Of a stretch of DNA of 64,000 bases, positions 50,704 through 64,000 are shown piece after piece. A model generated the notes under the pieces. That model made no database searches. It was not told the DNA's origin and was given only the letters and a program-made list of their open reading frames with translations. The position numbers and the translations under genes are program-made. The stretch covers positions 1 to 64,000 of the forward strand of contig CAVVPN010000001.1 of assembly GCA_963750165.1 (NCBI GenBank), read 5' to 3'. Origin of the DNA: an uncultured Gemmataceae bacterium. GTDB taxonomy: Bacteria > Planctomycetota > Planctomycetia > Gemmatales > Gemmataceae. Position 1 is the stretch's first letter. Every line of letters starts with the position of its first letter.

Positions 50704-52374
50704 ATGAAATCCATCTTCGCCAGCAGCCTGGTGACCCTGGGCCTGCTCGTGATGGGAGCTGCCGCACAGGAAGGCCAGTGGAAGCCGGCGGCGCCGCGTT
50801 CCCCCATCCCCACCCCGGCCGGCACCAGTGCCGCCGTCAAACTCCTGCGACCGGTCCCGCTGACCGAGAGCGCCGCCCCCGGGACCATTCAGCGGGTGAC
50901 GTTCAGCACCGACGGCCTGCCAGCGGTCATCGCCCGCGGCAAGAACGGCGACCCGCCGCAGCCGCTGCCCACCGGCCCCACCGGCCCGCTGACCGCCGAC
51001 GACCTGTCGAAGGCCGCAAATCCCCAGGTTTGGGGAGGCGCGCCGCCGCCCGCGGTGCTCAACCCTGCCCCGATCTACCCCGGCCCGATGTCCGGCGGCA
51101 CCGTGCCACTGTCCCCGGGCGTCGGCCTGCCTCCGGGAGCCGTCGTCGTGGACGGTGCGGGTGTGGGCCAGGGCGCGGAGTGCGGCCCGGGGTGCCCGAT
51201 GCCGTGTGCGGACGGTTGTTGCGGTTTGCTGGGCAAGGCGGGCGACTGGTTCCACAACCTCAGCAACGGCTGTTGTGGCCTGGGAAATTGCTGCCAGTTG
51301 CCGCACTTCTGGGGCAGCGCTGAATACCTGCTGTGGACCGTCCGCAGCCCCAACACGCCGGCCCTGGTCGCGGCTGCCCCCAGCGGCGTCGCGCCAGATC
51401 TGGTCACCGGCACGCCGGTCTACGCCGGCGGAGTCAATCAGGGCGTCTTCTCCGGCGGCCGCTTCACGGCTGGCTTCACGCTGGGCTCCATGCCCAACCT
51501 GGGCTTCGAGGGGTCTTACTTCTTCCTGGGCCGCCAGACGAACAACTCCTTCTTCGGCAGCGACGGCCTGCCGGGCTCGCCCAACCTGGGCCGGCCGGTC
51601 TACACCCCCACCGGCGCTCCGGACGCCGAGTTGGTGTCGGCTACCGGCGCCCTGTCGGGCATCGTGGGCGTCCAGACCAGCACGGAGTTGTGGGGCGCCG
51701 AGGGCAACCTGAAACGGCGGCTGCTGTGCGGCTGCAACGGCTTCCTGGACGTGCTGGGCGGCTTCCGCTACCTGAACCTGCGCGAGGACCTGCAGATCAG
51801 CGAGCGGCTGATGACGCTGGTGCCCACGCCGCTGGTGCCGGCCGGCTCGCAGACGGTCGTGTTCGACGAGTTCCGCACCAGCAACCAGTTCTACGGCGGT
51901 CAATTGGGCGTGGCCGGCGAGTACCGGCTGTGGAAGAACTTCTTCGTGGGCGGCTCCTTCAAGCTGGCCCTGGGCGACATGCACGAGCAACTGGAGATCA
52001 AGGGCAATACCACCTTCCTGGTGCCGGGGTTCGCGCCGGCGACCGGCACGGGCGGTCTGCTGGCTCAGCCGTCGAACATCGGCAATTATTCCTCGGATCA
52101 CTTCGCGGTGATGCCGGAACTCGGGCTCAAGGTGGGCTACAACTTCACGCCCAACATCCGGGCGTTCGTGGGCTACGACCTGCTCTACGTGAGCAACGTG
52201 GTACGACCGGGCGATCAGGTCGATCTGGTGGTCAACCGTTCGCAGGCGCCGATGTTCCTGCCGCCGGGCGCGGTCAACCCGCCACTGGTGGGCATCCCGC
52301 GGCCGCGGCCGCTGTTCCAGACCACCGACTTCTGGGCCCAGGGCGTCAACTTCGGGCTGGAGTTCCGCTACTGA
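50704..52374 (+). CDS. BBP7-like outer-membrane beta-barrel protein
   Basis: Signal peptide, Pro/Cys-rich linker, SAEYLLW, GGFRYLNLREDL, NQFYGGQLG, C-terminal FWAQGVNFGLEFRY. Confidence 0.85.
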   Translation: MKSIFASSLVTLGLLVMGAAAQEGQWKPAAPRSPIPTPAGTSAAVKLLRPVPLTESAAPGTIQRVTFSTDGLPAVIARGKNGDPPQPLPTGPTGPLTADDLSKAANPQVWGGAPPPAVLNPAPIYPGPMSGGTVPLSPGVGLPPGAVVVDGAGVGQGAECGPGCPMPCADGCCGLLGKAGDWFHNLSNGCCGLGNCCQLPHFWGSAEYLLWTVRSPNTPALVAAAPSGVAPDLVTGTPVYAGGVNQGVFSGGRFTAGFTLGSMPNLGFEGSYFFLGRQTNNSFFGSDGLPGSPNLGRPVYTPTGAPDAELVSATGALSGIVGVQTSTELWGAEGNLKRRLLCGCNGFLDVLGGFRYLNLREDLQISERLMTLVPTPLVPAGSQTVVFDEFRTSNQFYGGQLGVAGEYRLWKNFFVGGSFKLALGDMHEQLEIKGNTTFLVPGFAPATGTGGLLAQPSNIGNYSSDHFAVMPELGLKVGYNFTPNIRAFVGYDLLYVSNVVRPGDQVDLVVNRSQAPMFLPPGAVNPPLVGIPRPRPLFQTTDFWAQGVNFGLEFRY

Positions 52375-52376
52375 GA

Positions 52377-52452
52377 AGCGCTAAGCCGCAAGCGGCAGAA
52401 AAACGGGTTTGAGCGCTCCACCCCGTCTTTCTGCCGCTTGCGGCTTAGCGCT
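52377..52452. repeat. REP doublet (CGCTAAGCCGCAAGCGGC family); third copy at 52852-52880
   Basis: agcgctaagccgcaagcggcagaaa ... tttctgccgcttgcggcttagcgct. Confidence 0.8.
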
Positions 52453-52526
52453 CCACGCTCCACGCGCTGGCCGCGTCTCCTATAATGGGGGCAGAGCAGT
52501 GTCCGCCCTTTGTGGAGACGGTCCCC

Positions 52527-52850
52527 ATGTCCCCTGCGCGTCCGGAGCCGCCGCGGCCGCTCGCCCTGAGTCGAGAGGGTGACGACCAGCTCATCATCGA
52601 GTGGAGCGATGGCCGCCGTTGCGTCTACACCTGGCAGCAGCTCCGTGCCGCCTGCCCGTGCGCCACCTGCCGCGAGCAGCGCGCTCAACCGCCCGACCCG
52701 TTCCGCATCCTCAAGACCGCCGAACTGCAACCGCTGCGGCCCACCGCCCTGGCGCCCGTCGGCCACTACGCCTACCGCATCACCTGGAGCGATGGGCACG
52801 ACACCGGCATCTTCACCCTGGAGTATCTGCGCGAACTGTGCCCGGCATGA
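52527..52850 (+). CDS. DUF971 (GBBH N-terminal-like) protein
   Basis: IEWSDG, LRAACPCATC, VGHYAYRITWSDGHDTGIFT. Confidence 0.9.
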   Translation: MSPARPEPPRPLALSREGDDQLIIEWSDGRRCVYTWQQLRAACPCATCREQRAQPPDPFRILKTAELQPLRPTALAPVGHYAYRITWSDGHDTGIFTLEYLRELCPA

Positions 52851-52906
52851 GCCCGTCTTTCTGCCGCTTGCGGCTTAGCGGGCTTCACCCGGATCGGAGA
52901 AGTATC

Positions 52907-53728
<822 letters not shown>

Positions 53729-53902
53729 CAACCGGACAAGACAATTGACGTGTAAATGTTTGCTTGCGCACATCCGTTCAGGAGATCATGACAACCCGGA
53801 GACAGGCGGGAAGGTCTGCCCCGATCCCCGAGATTCACGCCGTCCAGCGCAACTTTCCACCTCTGGGAAGCGCCTGACGGCAACCTATCGAATTGATCCC
53901 GC

Positions 53903-53918
53903 CGGCACATTATTTGCT
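53903..53918 (+). promoter_or_regulatory. Putative sigma-54 promoter of the hybrid kinase
   Basis: CGGCACA-TTAT-TTGCT ~60 bp upstream of the ATG. Confidence 0.5.
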
Positions 53919-53976
53919 AAAATAATGTGTGCGTTCTTCTCCCTTAAGTCGCCTAAATCGCCAACCCCCTCTGGTC

Positions 53977-55545
53977 ATGATGCGATCCACTGCCGCCAAC
54001 GGCGTACCGGCTGATGCCGACGAGGTATCCCCGCCCGCCCCCTTGGAATGCGACGCGGCCAGTCTTCTCGCCGGGCTGCCGCACGCCTGCTTTGTGCTCG
54101 ACAAGAACTGGCGGTTCACCTACGCCAATCCACGTGCTGAGCAATTGCTCGGCCGCCTGGCCGGCGGGGAGCATGTCCCATTGCTGGGCCGGGACATCCA
54201 CGTGGTTTGCCCGGAAGTGGCCGACAGCACCTTCACCAAGGAGTGCCGCGAGGCCCTGGCCGAACAGCACAAGGTCGAGGCGGAGACGTTCTACCCCGCC
54301 CTCGACCGCTGGTTCGCCGTCCACGTCTTTCCCGCGGGCGACCACCTGTGTGTCTTCTTCCAGGACGTGACCGAACGGACGCAGCTGGAGCGGCAGCTGC
54401 GCCGCCGTGCCGAACAACTGGCCGAGGCGGACCAGGACAAGGACGCCTTTCTGGTGCAGCTGGCGCACGAGGTGCGGAACGCCCTGGCCCCCATGCTCAC
54501 CGCCCTGCACCTGCTCGGCTTGCAGACGTTGACCGAGGCCGACCGCCAGGCCCACTCCCTGGCCGAGCGCGAGGCGCAGCGTCTCGGCCGGCTGATGACG
54601 GACCTGCTCAAACTGTCGCCACTGGCCGCGGAGTCGCCAACCCGCGAGCGCGTGTCCGTGGCGGCGGTCGTGGGCCAGGCGCTGACCGGCTTGCTCGCGG
54701 CCCGCGGCCTGGGCGGCCGCAACCTGACGCTGCAACTGCCGTCCGAGCCGGTCTGGGTGGAGGGCGATCCGAATCAGCTGGAGCAGGTCGTCTGGCACCT
54801 GCTGGACAACGCGGTCAAGTTCACCTCGCCGGGCGGCCACATTCACCTGTCCGCCGAGCGCGACGGCTCCGAGGTGGTGCTGAGCGTGCGCGACGACGGC
54901 GTCGGTCTGGAGCCGGACATGCTGCCGCAGGTGTTCAACCTGTTCATGCGCCAGGGCCCCGGCCGCTTCCAGGGCGGGCTCGGCGTCGGCCTGACGCTGG
55001 TGCGCCGCCTGGTGGAACGGCACGGTGGCAGTGTCACCGCGTTCAGCGATGGGCCGAACCGGGGTAGTGAATTTGTCATCCGCCTGCCGGTGCTGGAAGA
55101 ACCCGTGTCCGCGGCGGCGGCGGCGGCTGACCAGTCCACGGAGGGGCGCCAGCCGCTGCGGGTGCTGGTGGTCGATGACAACGCCGAGGTCGCCCGGGGC
55201 CTGACGCTGCTGCTGGCCCGCTGGGGCTGCGAGGTGCGCGTGGCCTACGACGGCCCCGCCGCCCTGGAAACAGCCCGGACCTGGCGGCCCGAGCTGGTGC
55301 TGCTGGACATCGGGATGCCGGGGATGGATGGCTACGAGGTCGCCCAGCGTCTGCGCCAGGAGCAAGGCGGCGAGGGCCTGACGCTAGCGGCGCTGACCGG
55401 CTACGGACAGGAGGAAGTTCGCGGCCGCGCCCGGGCGGCGGGCTTCGATTATCACATGGTCAAGCCGGTGGACCCGGGCGTTCTCAAGGATTTGCTGACC
55501 TTCCTGAAAACCGGCGCCGGCGCACCGATGCCCCTGAACGACTAA
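53977..55545 (+). CDS. PAS-domain hybrid histidine kinase/response regulator
   Basis: WRFTYANPRAE PAS; LAHEVRN H-box; DNAVKF, DDGVG, GLGVGL; VDDN, LLDIGMPGMDG, KP. Confidence 0.93.
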   Translation: MMRSTAANGVPADADEVSPPAPLECDAASLLAGLPHACFVLDKNWRFTYANPRAEQLLGRLAGGEHVPLLGRDIHVVCPEVADSTFTKECREALAEQHKVEAETFYPALDRWFAVHVFPAGDHLCVFFQDVTERTQLERQLRRRAEQLAEADQDKDAFLVQLAHEVRNALAPMLTALHLLGLQTLTEADRQAHSLAEREAQRLGRLMTDLLKLSPLAAESPTRERVSVAAVVGQALTGLLAARGLGGRNLTLQLPSEPVWVEGDPNQLEQVVWHLLDNAVKFTSPGGHIHLSAERDGSEVVLSVRDDGVGLEPDMLPQVFNLFMRQGPGRFQGGLGVGLTLVRRLVERHGGSVTAFSDGPNRGSEFVIRLPVLEEPVSAAAAAADQSTEGRQPLRVLVVDDNAEVARGLTLLLARWGCEVRVAYDGPAALETARTWRPELVLLDIGMPGMDGYEVAQRLRQEQGGEGLTLAALTGYGQEEVRGRARAAGFDYHMVKPVDPGVLKDLLTFLKTGAGAPMPLND

Positions 55546-55683
55546 CCGACCGGTTCGTCAAGCCAGCGTCCGTTCAGTCGCGACGAGATTAGGCCGAACC
55601 CGGTGCGCCGCTCAGCCGTCTCGGCACAGATGTGTGTAATATCTTTTGGATTTTACAAGCAGTCATGAAGGTAGCCAGCTTCT

Positions 55684-56604
55684 TCACTGCGGCCCAGTAT
55701 CTTCCTGGGGATTGCCAACGCTCTCGAATTTCTCCTCTTGCCATTTCTCGTATGTCTGGCCGGTATCCTTCACTCGCCAGACTATGCGACCGTTTTGGTT
55801 ACCCCCGTAGACAACGGAAGCTGCCGCGCTGGGGCTGCTGAAAGACACGTCTTCGACGAAAATCAGAAGCCCATCCTGGTCAGCATCGATCAGTTTCCCA
55901 TCGGCAATAAGCTGGTCGCGCTGGCCTTTGTAGCTAGTCCACGAATCCACACCTTGTTTGCGAGCGGTCGAGTTTTTGAAAACGATGAAGGTTCCATCCA
56001 CCTCTTGTGCCGTGGCAGACGTTCCAACGGGGTTCATAAAAAAGACCGGCGACTGGATCCTCGCGACTGACTGGCTCGGCGGTTTCGCAGTCACTAACTG
56101 TTGAGTAAAGGGGAACCCGAGGACCGGAAGGACCATCTGTACTTGACCGAGAAAAAACTCCATGTCCGCAACGTCCGGTTCGGGCAACAGCGCGGGTTCG
56201 GGTGCGGTGTCATTCGCAAGGCGTGCCCTATTTGCATGTTTGGCCAAACCGATGAGGCGGCTCTCCAGGTAACGAACATGCGACTTCGTGAGGTTATCGT
56301 CCTTGCTGCTGATAAGAACGGATTGGCTCCAGAAATCCTTCTCTTCATCCTTGTTGTGTTTGAGAAGTCGGTTGAAAACGTTGTCACCCTCACCGATATA
56401 GACGAGATCCCTGGAAGTGTTCTCTGGATCAGGGCCGATGAGAAAGTAGACACCTGTCCGCTTTGCTTCCGGACGGCCGGCCAACTGGTCCAGTTGTGAC
56501 CGAGGCGAGACGACGACCTTTCCGGTCCAGTTCATGATTTCGGCGGTGAGGATTCCACTCGGAACGCCGTCTACAAGGTAAATGCGAATGGTTCTGCCGT
56601 TCAT
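55684..56604 (-). CDS. GIY-YIG nuclease with C-terminal DUF4357 (RAMA-like) domain
   Basis: GVYFL..., VYIGEG, RYLE; FSSPSAAASVVYG..NGRIVW; visibly lower GC than flanks. Confidence 0.88.
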   Translation of the reverse strand: MNGRTIRIYLVDGVPSGILTAEIMNWTGKVVVSPRSQLDQLAGRPEAKRTGVYFLIGPDPENTSRDLVYIGEGDNVFNRLLKHNKDEEKDFWSQSVLISSKDDNLTKSHVRYLESRLIGLAKHANRARLANDTAPEPALLPEPDVADMEFFLGQVQMVLPVLGFPFTQQLVTAKPPSQSVARIQSPVFFMNPVGTSATAQEVDGTFIVFKNSTARKQGVDSWTSYKGQRDQLIADGKLIDADQDGLLIFVEDVSFSSPSAAASVVYGGNQNGRIVWRVKDTGQTYEKWQEEKFESVGNPQEDTGPQ

Positions 56605-56707
56605 GAGTTACAACTCGCTAATGAGATAGGGGGTGGTTCTGGTAACCACTTAAAATCAACCATCAAGCGGTTTTATCGCACCGGGACCGCAGCTGGTAGG
56701 GGAAAGA

Positions 56708-57207
56708 TCAGGTCGGCGCGTTGCGCGTCAGGCCGAGCACGCGGTCGAAGTCGGCGTCGTTGCTGGCCAACTCCGTCAGGAGATGGTGCTCCATGACCGC
56801 GACGACCAAAGCGTCGCCAGTCAACAGTCCGTGCTGCTGGCAACGGGCAGCCGCCACGGAATCCAGGGCCAAATCCAGGGGCACGACCTGAACCCCCATC
56901 TGAGCAACCAGGTCCACCGCCTGCCGAAAACGGGTCAGTTTTTTGACCTCGACGGGGTGCTGTCGCAGGTGTGGGACAATGCCCTTGGCTGGCAAACCGA
57001 AGGCGTGCATGGACTCAAGCGTCATGACCCGGTGGCCACATCGCTGACCACGTGCGCCGAGGTGACACCAGTAATCTCCTGGCGCGCAATCCGGTCCATA
57101 AGTTGCAGGCAAGCCGCGCCGTAGCGAAGGTCGGCAGTGAAGTAGTACACCAGGGTGTTGGCATCGAGGAAAAGCCGGCTGCCCTTGGGAATGTTCGCGA
57201 AGATCAT
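56708..57207 (-). CDS. PIN-domain (VapC-like) toxin (frameshift at ~57035)
   Basis: FLDANTLVY, GLLTGDALVVA, LASNDADFDRV; one added C restores DVAHRVM. Confidence 0.85.
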
Positions 57208-57434
57208 GGCGACTCCAGGATGCCGAACTCATCGTCCTCGGCCACGCGCCGCAGGGTCTCGGCATCCCCCGTCCAGCGGAGCAACCCGAAGCCCTTCTGG
57301 ACGGCAGCCAGTGCCTGATCGACCGCGACAGGAACATGCACCGTCACCTGCACCCGTTCCTGCTCCTGAAGCGGCAGAACCTGGCTCAGTTTCAGCATGC
57401 CCTTTTCGTAAGTGGCCTCAACGGTAAAAGTCAT
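57204..57434 (-). CDS. Antitoxin, DUF104/AF2212-like
   Basis: VEATYEKGMLKL...LQEQERVQV; ATGA overlap with the toxin. Confidence 0.82.
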   Translation of the reverse strand: MTFTVEATYEKGMLKLSQVLPLQEQERVQVTVHVPVAVDQALAAVQKGFGLLRWTGDAETLRRVAEDDEFGILESP

Positions 57435-57685
57435 CCCGAGATCCCCCGAAAGAAATGTCTTGAGGAATGGCTTTACTGTAGCTGACTGAAGTTCCCCGCA
57501 CCAGTCCACCTGAGTCCTCCCTGGCACCGTCGCCCACGCTTCCCCAGGGACGCTTACCGCTTTTACCGGAGCGGCCGGCAACTCCGGACCGTGGCGGCGA
57601 CCGATGCGGCTTGTCAGCCGCGCCGCCCGCGCCTTAAATAGAGGAGGTGAATCGCATCAGGGATTGAGGCTCTCGGATACCGCTC

Positions 57686-60483
<2,798 letters not shown>

Positions 60484-60495
60484 GGGGTATTTTCT

Positions 60496-60573
60496 TTCTG
60501 CCGCTGGCGGCTTCGCGCTGATACCCTTCTGACGTTAGATGGGTCGCAGCGCGCTCAGCCGCCAGCGGCAGAA
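60496..60573. repeat. REP-like inverted repeat between sucA and sucB
   Basis: ttctgccgctggcggct..gcgctg ... cagcgc...agccgccagcggcagaa. Confidence 0.65.
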
Positions 60574-60591
60574 CGCAAGCCAGGGACACGC

Positions 60592-61842
60592 ATGTCAGTA
60601 GCCATCAAAGTACCGTCCGTCGGCGAGTCGATCAGTGAGGGCATCATCAGCCACTGGTTGAAGAAGGACGGCGACCTCGTGCAGGTCGAGGAACCGGTCT
60701 TCGAGCTGGAGACGGAAAAAGCCACCAGTCAGGTGCCGGCGCCGGCCAGCGGCGTCCTCCGCATCACCACCCCGGAAGGTGAAACCGTCACCATCGGCGC
60801 CGTCGTCGGTCAGATCGAGCCGGCCGCCGCGGGCGCCGCCAAACCAGCCGCGCCGTCGGCCCCGGCGCCGGCCAAACCCGCGCCGCCGGCCAACGAACGC
60901 CACAGCCCCGAGGCGGCGCCGCTGTCCCCCGCCGCGCGGCGCCTCGTCGCCGAGGAGGGCATTGACGCCCGCACCATTCCCGGCACCGGCAAGGGCGGCC
61001 GCGTCACCAAGGAGGACGTGCTCGGCGCTCAGGGGCGCAAGTCCACCGCGACCGTGGCTCCGGCCGCCCCGCCGCCCCCCGCCGAGCCGTCGAAACCCGC
61101 GCCGCCACCTCCCGCGCCTGCGCCAATCAAGCCCGCCGTCGGTCAGCGCGAGACGCGGCAGCGCATCAGCGCCATCCGCCAGCGCATCGCCGAGCGGTTG
61201 CTGCAATCGCAGAAGGGGACTGCGACGCTGACCACCTTCAACGAGGCGGATCTGAGCGCAGTGCTGGCTCTGCGGGCGAAGTACAAGGACAGGTTCAAGG
61301 AAAAGCACGAGGTCAGTCTGGGCTTCATGCCGTTCTTCGTGAAGGCGGCGGTGGCGGCGCTGAAGGCGTTCCCCCTGGTCAACGCTCGCATCGACGGCGC
61401 GGAGATCGTCTACCAAAACTACTACAACATCGGCGTCGCCGTCAGCACGGACAAGGGGCTGATGGTGCCGGTGTTGCCGGACGCCGACCAGCTGAGCTTC
61501 GCGCAGGTCGATCAGGCCATCGCAGCGCTGGCGACCAAGGCACGCAACGGCACCATCGCCGTCAGCGATTTGCAGGGCGGCACGTTCACGATCACCAACG
61601 GCGGCATCTTCGGCTCGATGCTCTCGACGCCGATCCTCAACCCGCCGCAGAGCGCCATCCTCGGCATGCACAGCATCCAGAAGCGGGCGGTCGTGGTCGA
61701 TGATCTGATTGTGGTCCGGCCGATGATGTACCTGGCGCTGTCTTACGACCACCGCATCATTGATGGCCGCGAGGCGGTGCTGTTCCTGGTGCGCATCAAG
61801 GAGTGCGTGGAGAACCCGGAGCGGTTATTGTTAGATGTTTAG
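60592..61842 (+). CDS. sucB: Dihydrolipoamide succinyltransferase E2
   Basis: Lipoyl domain [43 protein letters not shown]. Confidence 0.96.
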   Translation: MSVAIKVPSVGESISEGIISHWLKKDGDLVQVEEPVFELETEKATSQVPAPASGVLRITTPEGETVTIGAVVGQIEPAAAGAAKPAAPSAPAPAKPAPPANERHSPEAAPLSPAARRLVAEEGIDARTIPGTGKGGRVTKEDVLGAQGRKSTATVAPAAPPPPAEPSKPAPPPPAPAPIKPAVGQRETRQRISAIRQRIAERLLQSQKGTATLTTFNEADLSAVLALRAKYKDRFKEKHEVSLGFMPFFVKAAVAALKAFPLVNARIDGAEIVYQNYYNIGVAVSTDKGLMVPVLPDADQLSFAQVDQAIAALATKARNGTIAVSDLQGGTFTITNGGIFGSMLSTPILNPPQSAILGMHSIQKRAVVVDDLIVVRPMMYLALSYDHRIIDGREAVLFLVRIKECVENPERLLLDV

Positions 61843-61949
61843 AGTCGTCATGAACTGGGGTTCACCCAGAGTTCATGAAAATGGCCGCAACCACTGAACG
61901 TACCATCAGGAATGCGGCCTATTTACAGGGCAGCGGTTCGCAGTTGGGT

Positions 61950-62009
61950 GTAGCGGAAGTCGCCAGACTTCCGTCCGGTGCTGCTCGGAAGTCTGGCGAC
62001 TTCCGCTAC
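61950..62009. repeat. GTAG-type REP doublet
   Basis: Same 24-bp arms as 30481 and 47061, different 12-nt spacer. Confidence 0.9.
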
Positions 62010-62028
62010 ACCCATTCGCAATCTGCAA

Positions 62029-62142
62029 TAGCCACAGAGGACAAAGAGGACATAGAGAGAAAAACAGAGATTGGTTCTCCCGGCCACCGTTCTTTGAATT
62101 GATTTGTTTTTCTCTCTGTGTCCTCTGTGTCCTCTGTGGCTA
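62029..62142. repeat. Inverted repeat of the CACAGAGGA 9-mer family
   Basis: tagccacagaggacaaagagg ... cctctgtgtcctctgtggcta. Confidence 0.8.
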
Positions 62143-62163
62143 ATTTTTTTTCAGGGGAGTGAG

Positions 62164-63567
62164 ATGGCGGATCGTTACGACCTGGTGGTGATTGGCTCCG
62201 GCCCCGGCGGCTACGTTGCGGCCATCCGCGCCGCCCAGCTGGGTAAGAAGGTCGCGATTGTCGAGAAGCGGCCCAGCCTCGGCGGCACCTGCCTCAACAT
62301 CGGCTGCATCCCCAGCAAGGCCCTCCTCGACTCCAGCGAACTGTACTACGTCGCCAAGAACCGCTTCTCGCACTACGGCATTGGCGTCGGCAATCTCACG
62401 CTCGACCTGGCCCGCCTGCTGCAGCGCAAGGACGGCATCGTCAAGAGCCTGACCGACGGCGTCGCTTACCTGATGAAGAAGAACAAGATCACCGTCGTCA
62501 AGGGCACCGGCAGCCTGGCCGGGGCCGGCAAGGTAACGGTCCAGCCCGAGGGCGGCGCCGCCACCGAACTGGAGGCCGGCGCTATCCTGCTGGCGACCGG
62601 CAGCGACGTGGCCACGCTGCCGTCGCTGCCGCTGGACGGTAAACACGTCGTCGGTTCCACGGAGGCGCTGGCCTTCGATAAAGTGCCGCAGCACCTGATC
62701 GTCGTCGGCGGCGGCTACATCGGTCTGGAGTTGGGCTCGGTGTGGGCGCGGCTTGGGGCGAAGGTGACGGTCGTGGAATTTTTGCCGCGCATCCTGGCGC
62801 TCAGCGACGCCGAGCTGGCCGGTATGATGCAAAAATTCCTCACCAAACAGGGGCTGCAATTTCACCTGGAGACGCGCGTCGTCAGCGCCGCCGTCAAGGG
62901 CAACCAGGTGGTCGTCACCGCTCAGGCCAAGGAACAGACGCTGACCTTTGAGGGCGACCGTGTGCTCGTCGCGGTCGGCCGCAAGCCGTACAGCGCCGGC
63001 CTCGGCCTGGAGCAGGCCGGCGTCAAGACGGAGCCGCGCAGCGGCCGCGTCGAGGTGGACGAGCACTTCCAGACGAGCGTGCCAGGCGTCTACGCCATCG
63101 GCGATTTGATCGCCGGGCCGATGCTGGCGCACAAGGCGTCCGAGGAGGGTATCGCCGTCGCTGAATACCTCGCCGGCCAGAAACCGCACGTCAACTACAA
63201 CGCCATCCCGAGCGTCATCTACACGCACCCTGAACTGGCCAGCGTCGGCCTGACCGAGGAGCAAGTCAAGGAGACCGGCACGGAGTACCGCGTCGGCAAA
63301 TTTCCGTTCAGCGCCAACGGCCGCGCCAAGTGCCTGGACGAAACCGAGGGCGTCGTCAAGATCATCGCGGATACCAAAACCGACCGCATCCTGGGCGCCC
63401 ACATCCTCGGCCCACGCGCCGGCGACCTGATCGCCGAACTGGTGCTGGGCATGGAGTACGCCGCCAGCGCCGAGGACATCGCACGCACCTGCCACGGCCA
63501 CCCCACGCTGTCCGAGGCCGTCGGCGAGGCGGCGCGGGCGGCGTGGCAAACGGCGCTGCAGATTTAG
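62164..63567 (+). CDS. lpdA: Dihydrolipoamide dehydrogenase E3
   Basis: GSGPGGY, GGTCLNIGCIPSK, GGGYIGLE, AIGD, MLAHKA, HPTLSE. Confidence 0.96.
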   Translation: MADRYDLVVIGSGPGGYVAAIRAAQLGKKVAIVEKRPSLGGTCLNIGCIPSKALLDSSELYYVAKNRFSHYGIGVGNLTLDLARLLQRKDGIVKSLTDGVAYLMKKNKITVVKGTGSLAGAGKVTVQPEGGAATELEAGAILLATGSDVATLPSLPLDGKHVVGSTEALAFDKVPQHLIVVGGGYIGLELGSVWARLGAKVTVVEFLPRILALSDAELAGMMQKFLTKQGLQFHLETRVVSAAVKGNQVVVTAQAKEQTLTFEGDRVLVAVGRKPYSAGLGLEQAGVKTEPRSGRVEVDEHFQTSVPGVYAIGDLIAGPMLAHKASEEGIAVAEYLAGQKPHVNYNAIPSVIYTHPELASVGLTEEQVKETGTEYRVGKFPFSANGRAKCLDETEGVVKIIADTKTDRILGAHILGPRAGDLIAELVLGMEYAASAEDIARTCHGHPTLSEAVGEAARAAWQTALQI

Positions 63568-63615
63568 TGCCGGATCGCGGGACAGGTGGTTCGCAGCACG
63601 AACGACTCCCCAACG

Positions 63616-63661
63616 GAAGCACCCCGTTTACGTTTCGCGCGAAACGTAAACGGGGTGCTTC
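63616..63661. terminator. 46-bp perfect palindrome between convergent lpdA and rpsR
   Basis: GAAGCACCCCGTTTACGTTTCGC|GCGAAACGTAAACGGGGTGCTTC. Confidence 0.6.
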
Positions 63662-63681
63662 ATTGCGCGAGCGACTGCTGT

Positions 63682-63924
63682 TTACTCGCCGACGTAGGGC
63701 AGCAGGGCCATGAAGCGGGCGCGCTTGACGGCGTCCTTGACGGCGCGCTGGTAGGCGGCACAATTGCCACTGCGCTTGCGGCTGAACAGTTTGCCCTGGC
63801 TGGTGCAGAGCTTTTTCAGACCCTGCACGTCCTTGTAGTCCACGAACACCGGTCGGGGGCAGCCTTCCTTGGTGCAGAATCGGCAGCGATTCTTGCGGCC
63901 ACGTCCGAGCTTCTTGCGAACCAT
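63682..63924 (-). CDS. rpsR: 30S ribosomal protein S18
   Basis: CRFC, VDYKD, GKLFSRKRSG.C..YQR, KRARFMALLPY. Confidence 0.96.
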   Translation of the reverse strand: MVRKKLGRGRKNRCRFCTKEGCPRPVFVDYKDVQGLKKLCTSQGKLFSRKRSGNCAAYQRAVKDAVKRARFMALLPYVGE

Positions 63925-64000
63925 CGATCTCCTCGCCCTTGCTGGTTTGAAGGTTTGGCGGCATTTTCGGGAAAATGATACTTTAGAGGGCCGCCGAAGC

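Noticed and set aside
55545..56700. Integron cassette (attC) around the GIY-YIG gene
   Set aside because: No convincing RYYYAAC...GTTRRRY paired site and no integrase

Overview
High-GC bacterial DNA, most likely a Planctomycete of the Gemmataceae type. This is inferred from a DUF1549/DUF1553 + DUF1501 pair, an ECF sigma/Ser-Thr kinase pair, a BBP7-like barrel and a 'LEGR' surface protein. The window opens in the 3' end of a tRNA. An accessory region follows, with a broken kinase-TPR-PPC gene, an ECF sigma factor and a calpain-like peptidase. Next come a 12-kb ABC-transporter-dependent glycan cluster, an EmrAB-TolC efflux operon, a WD40 protein and a degenerate nucleoside-hydrolase fusion flanked by a duplicated promoter. 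The rest holds carbohydrate and housekeeping genes, a GIY-YIG/toxin-antitoxin islet, sucA-sucB-lpdA and rpsR. Intergenic DNA is crowded with several REP/MITE-like families, some nested. About a dozen 1-2 nt indels, many in homopolymers and one in sucA, look like long-read errors. The best novelty candidates are: the glycan cluster, which has a twice-occurring unrecognised His/Trp domain and a ~1400-aa methyltransferase-GT4-methyltransferase fusion; an orphan sigma-54 promoter that may drive a GGA-hairpin sRNA; and a ~110-bp promoter/gene-start duplication around a pseudo-nucleoside hydrolase. All family calls come from motif recognition by eye; no searches were run.
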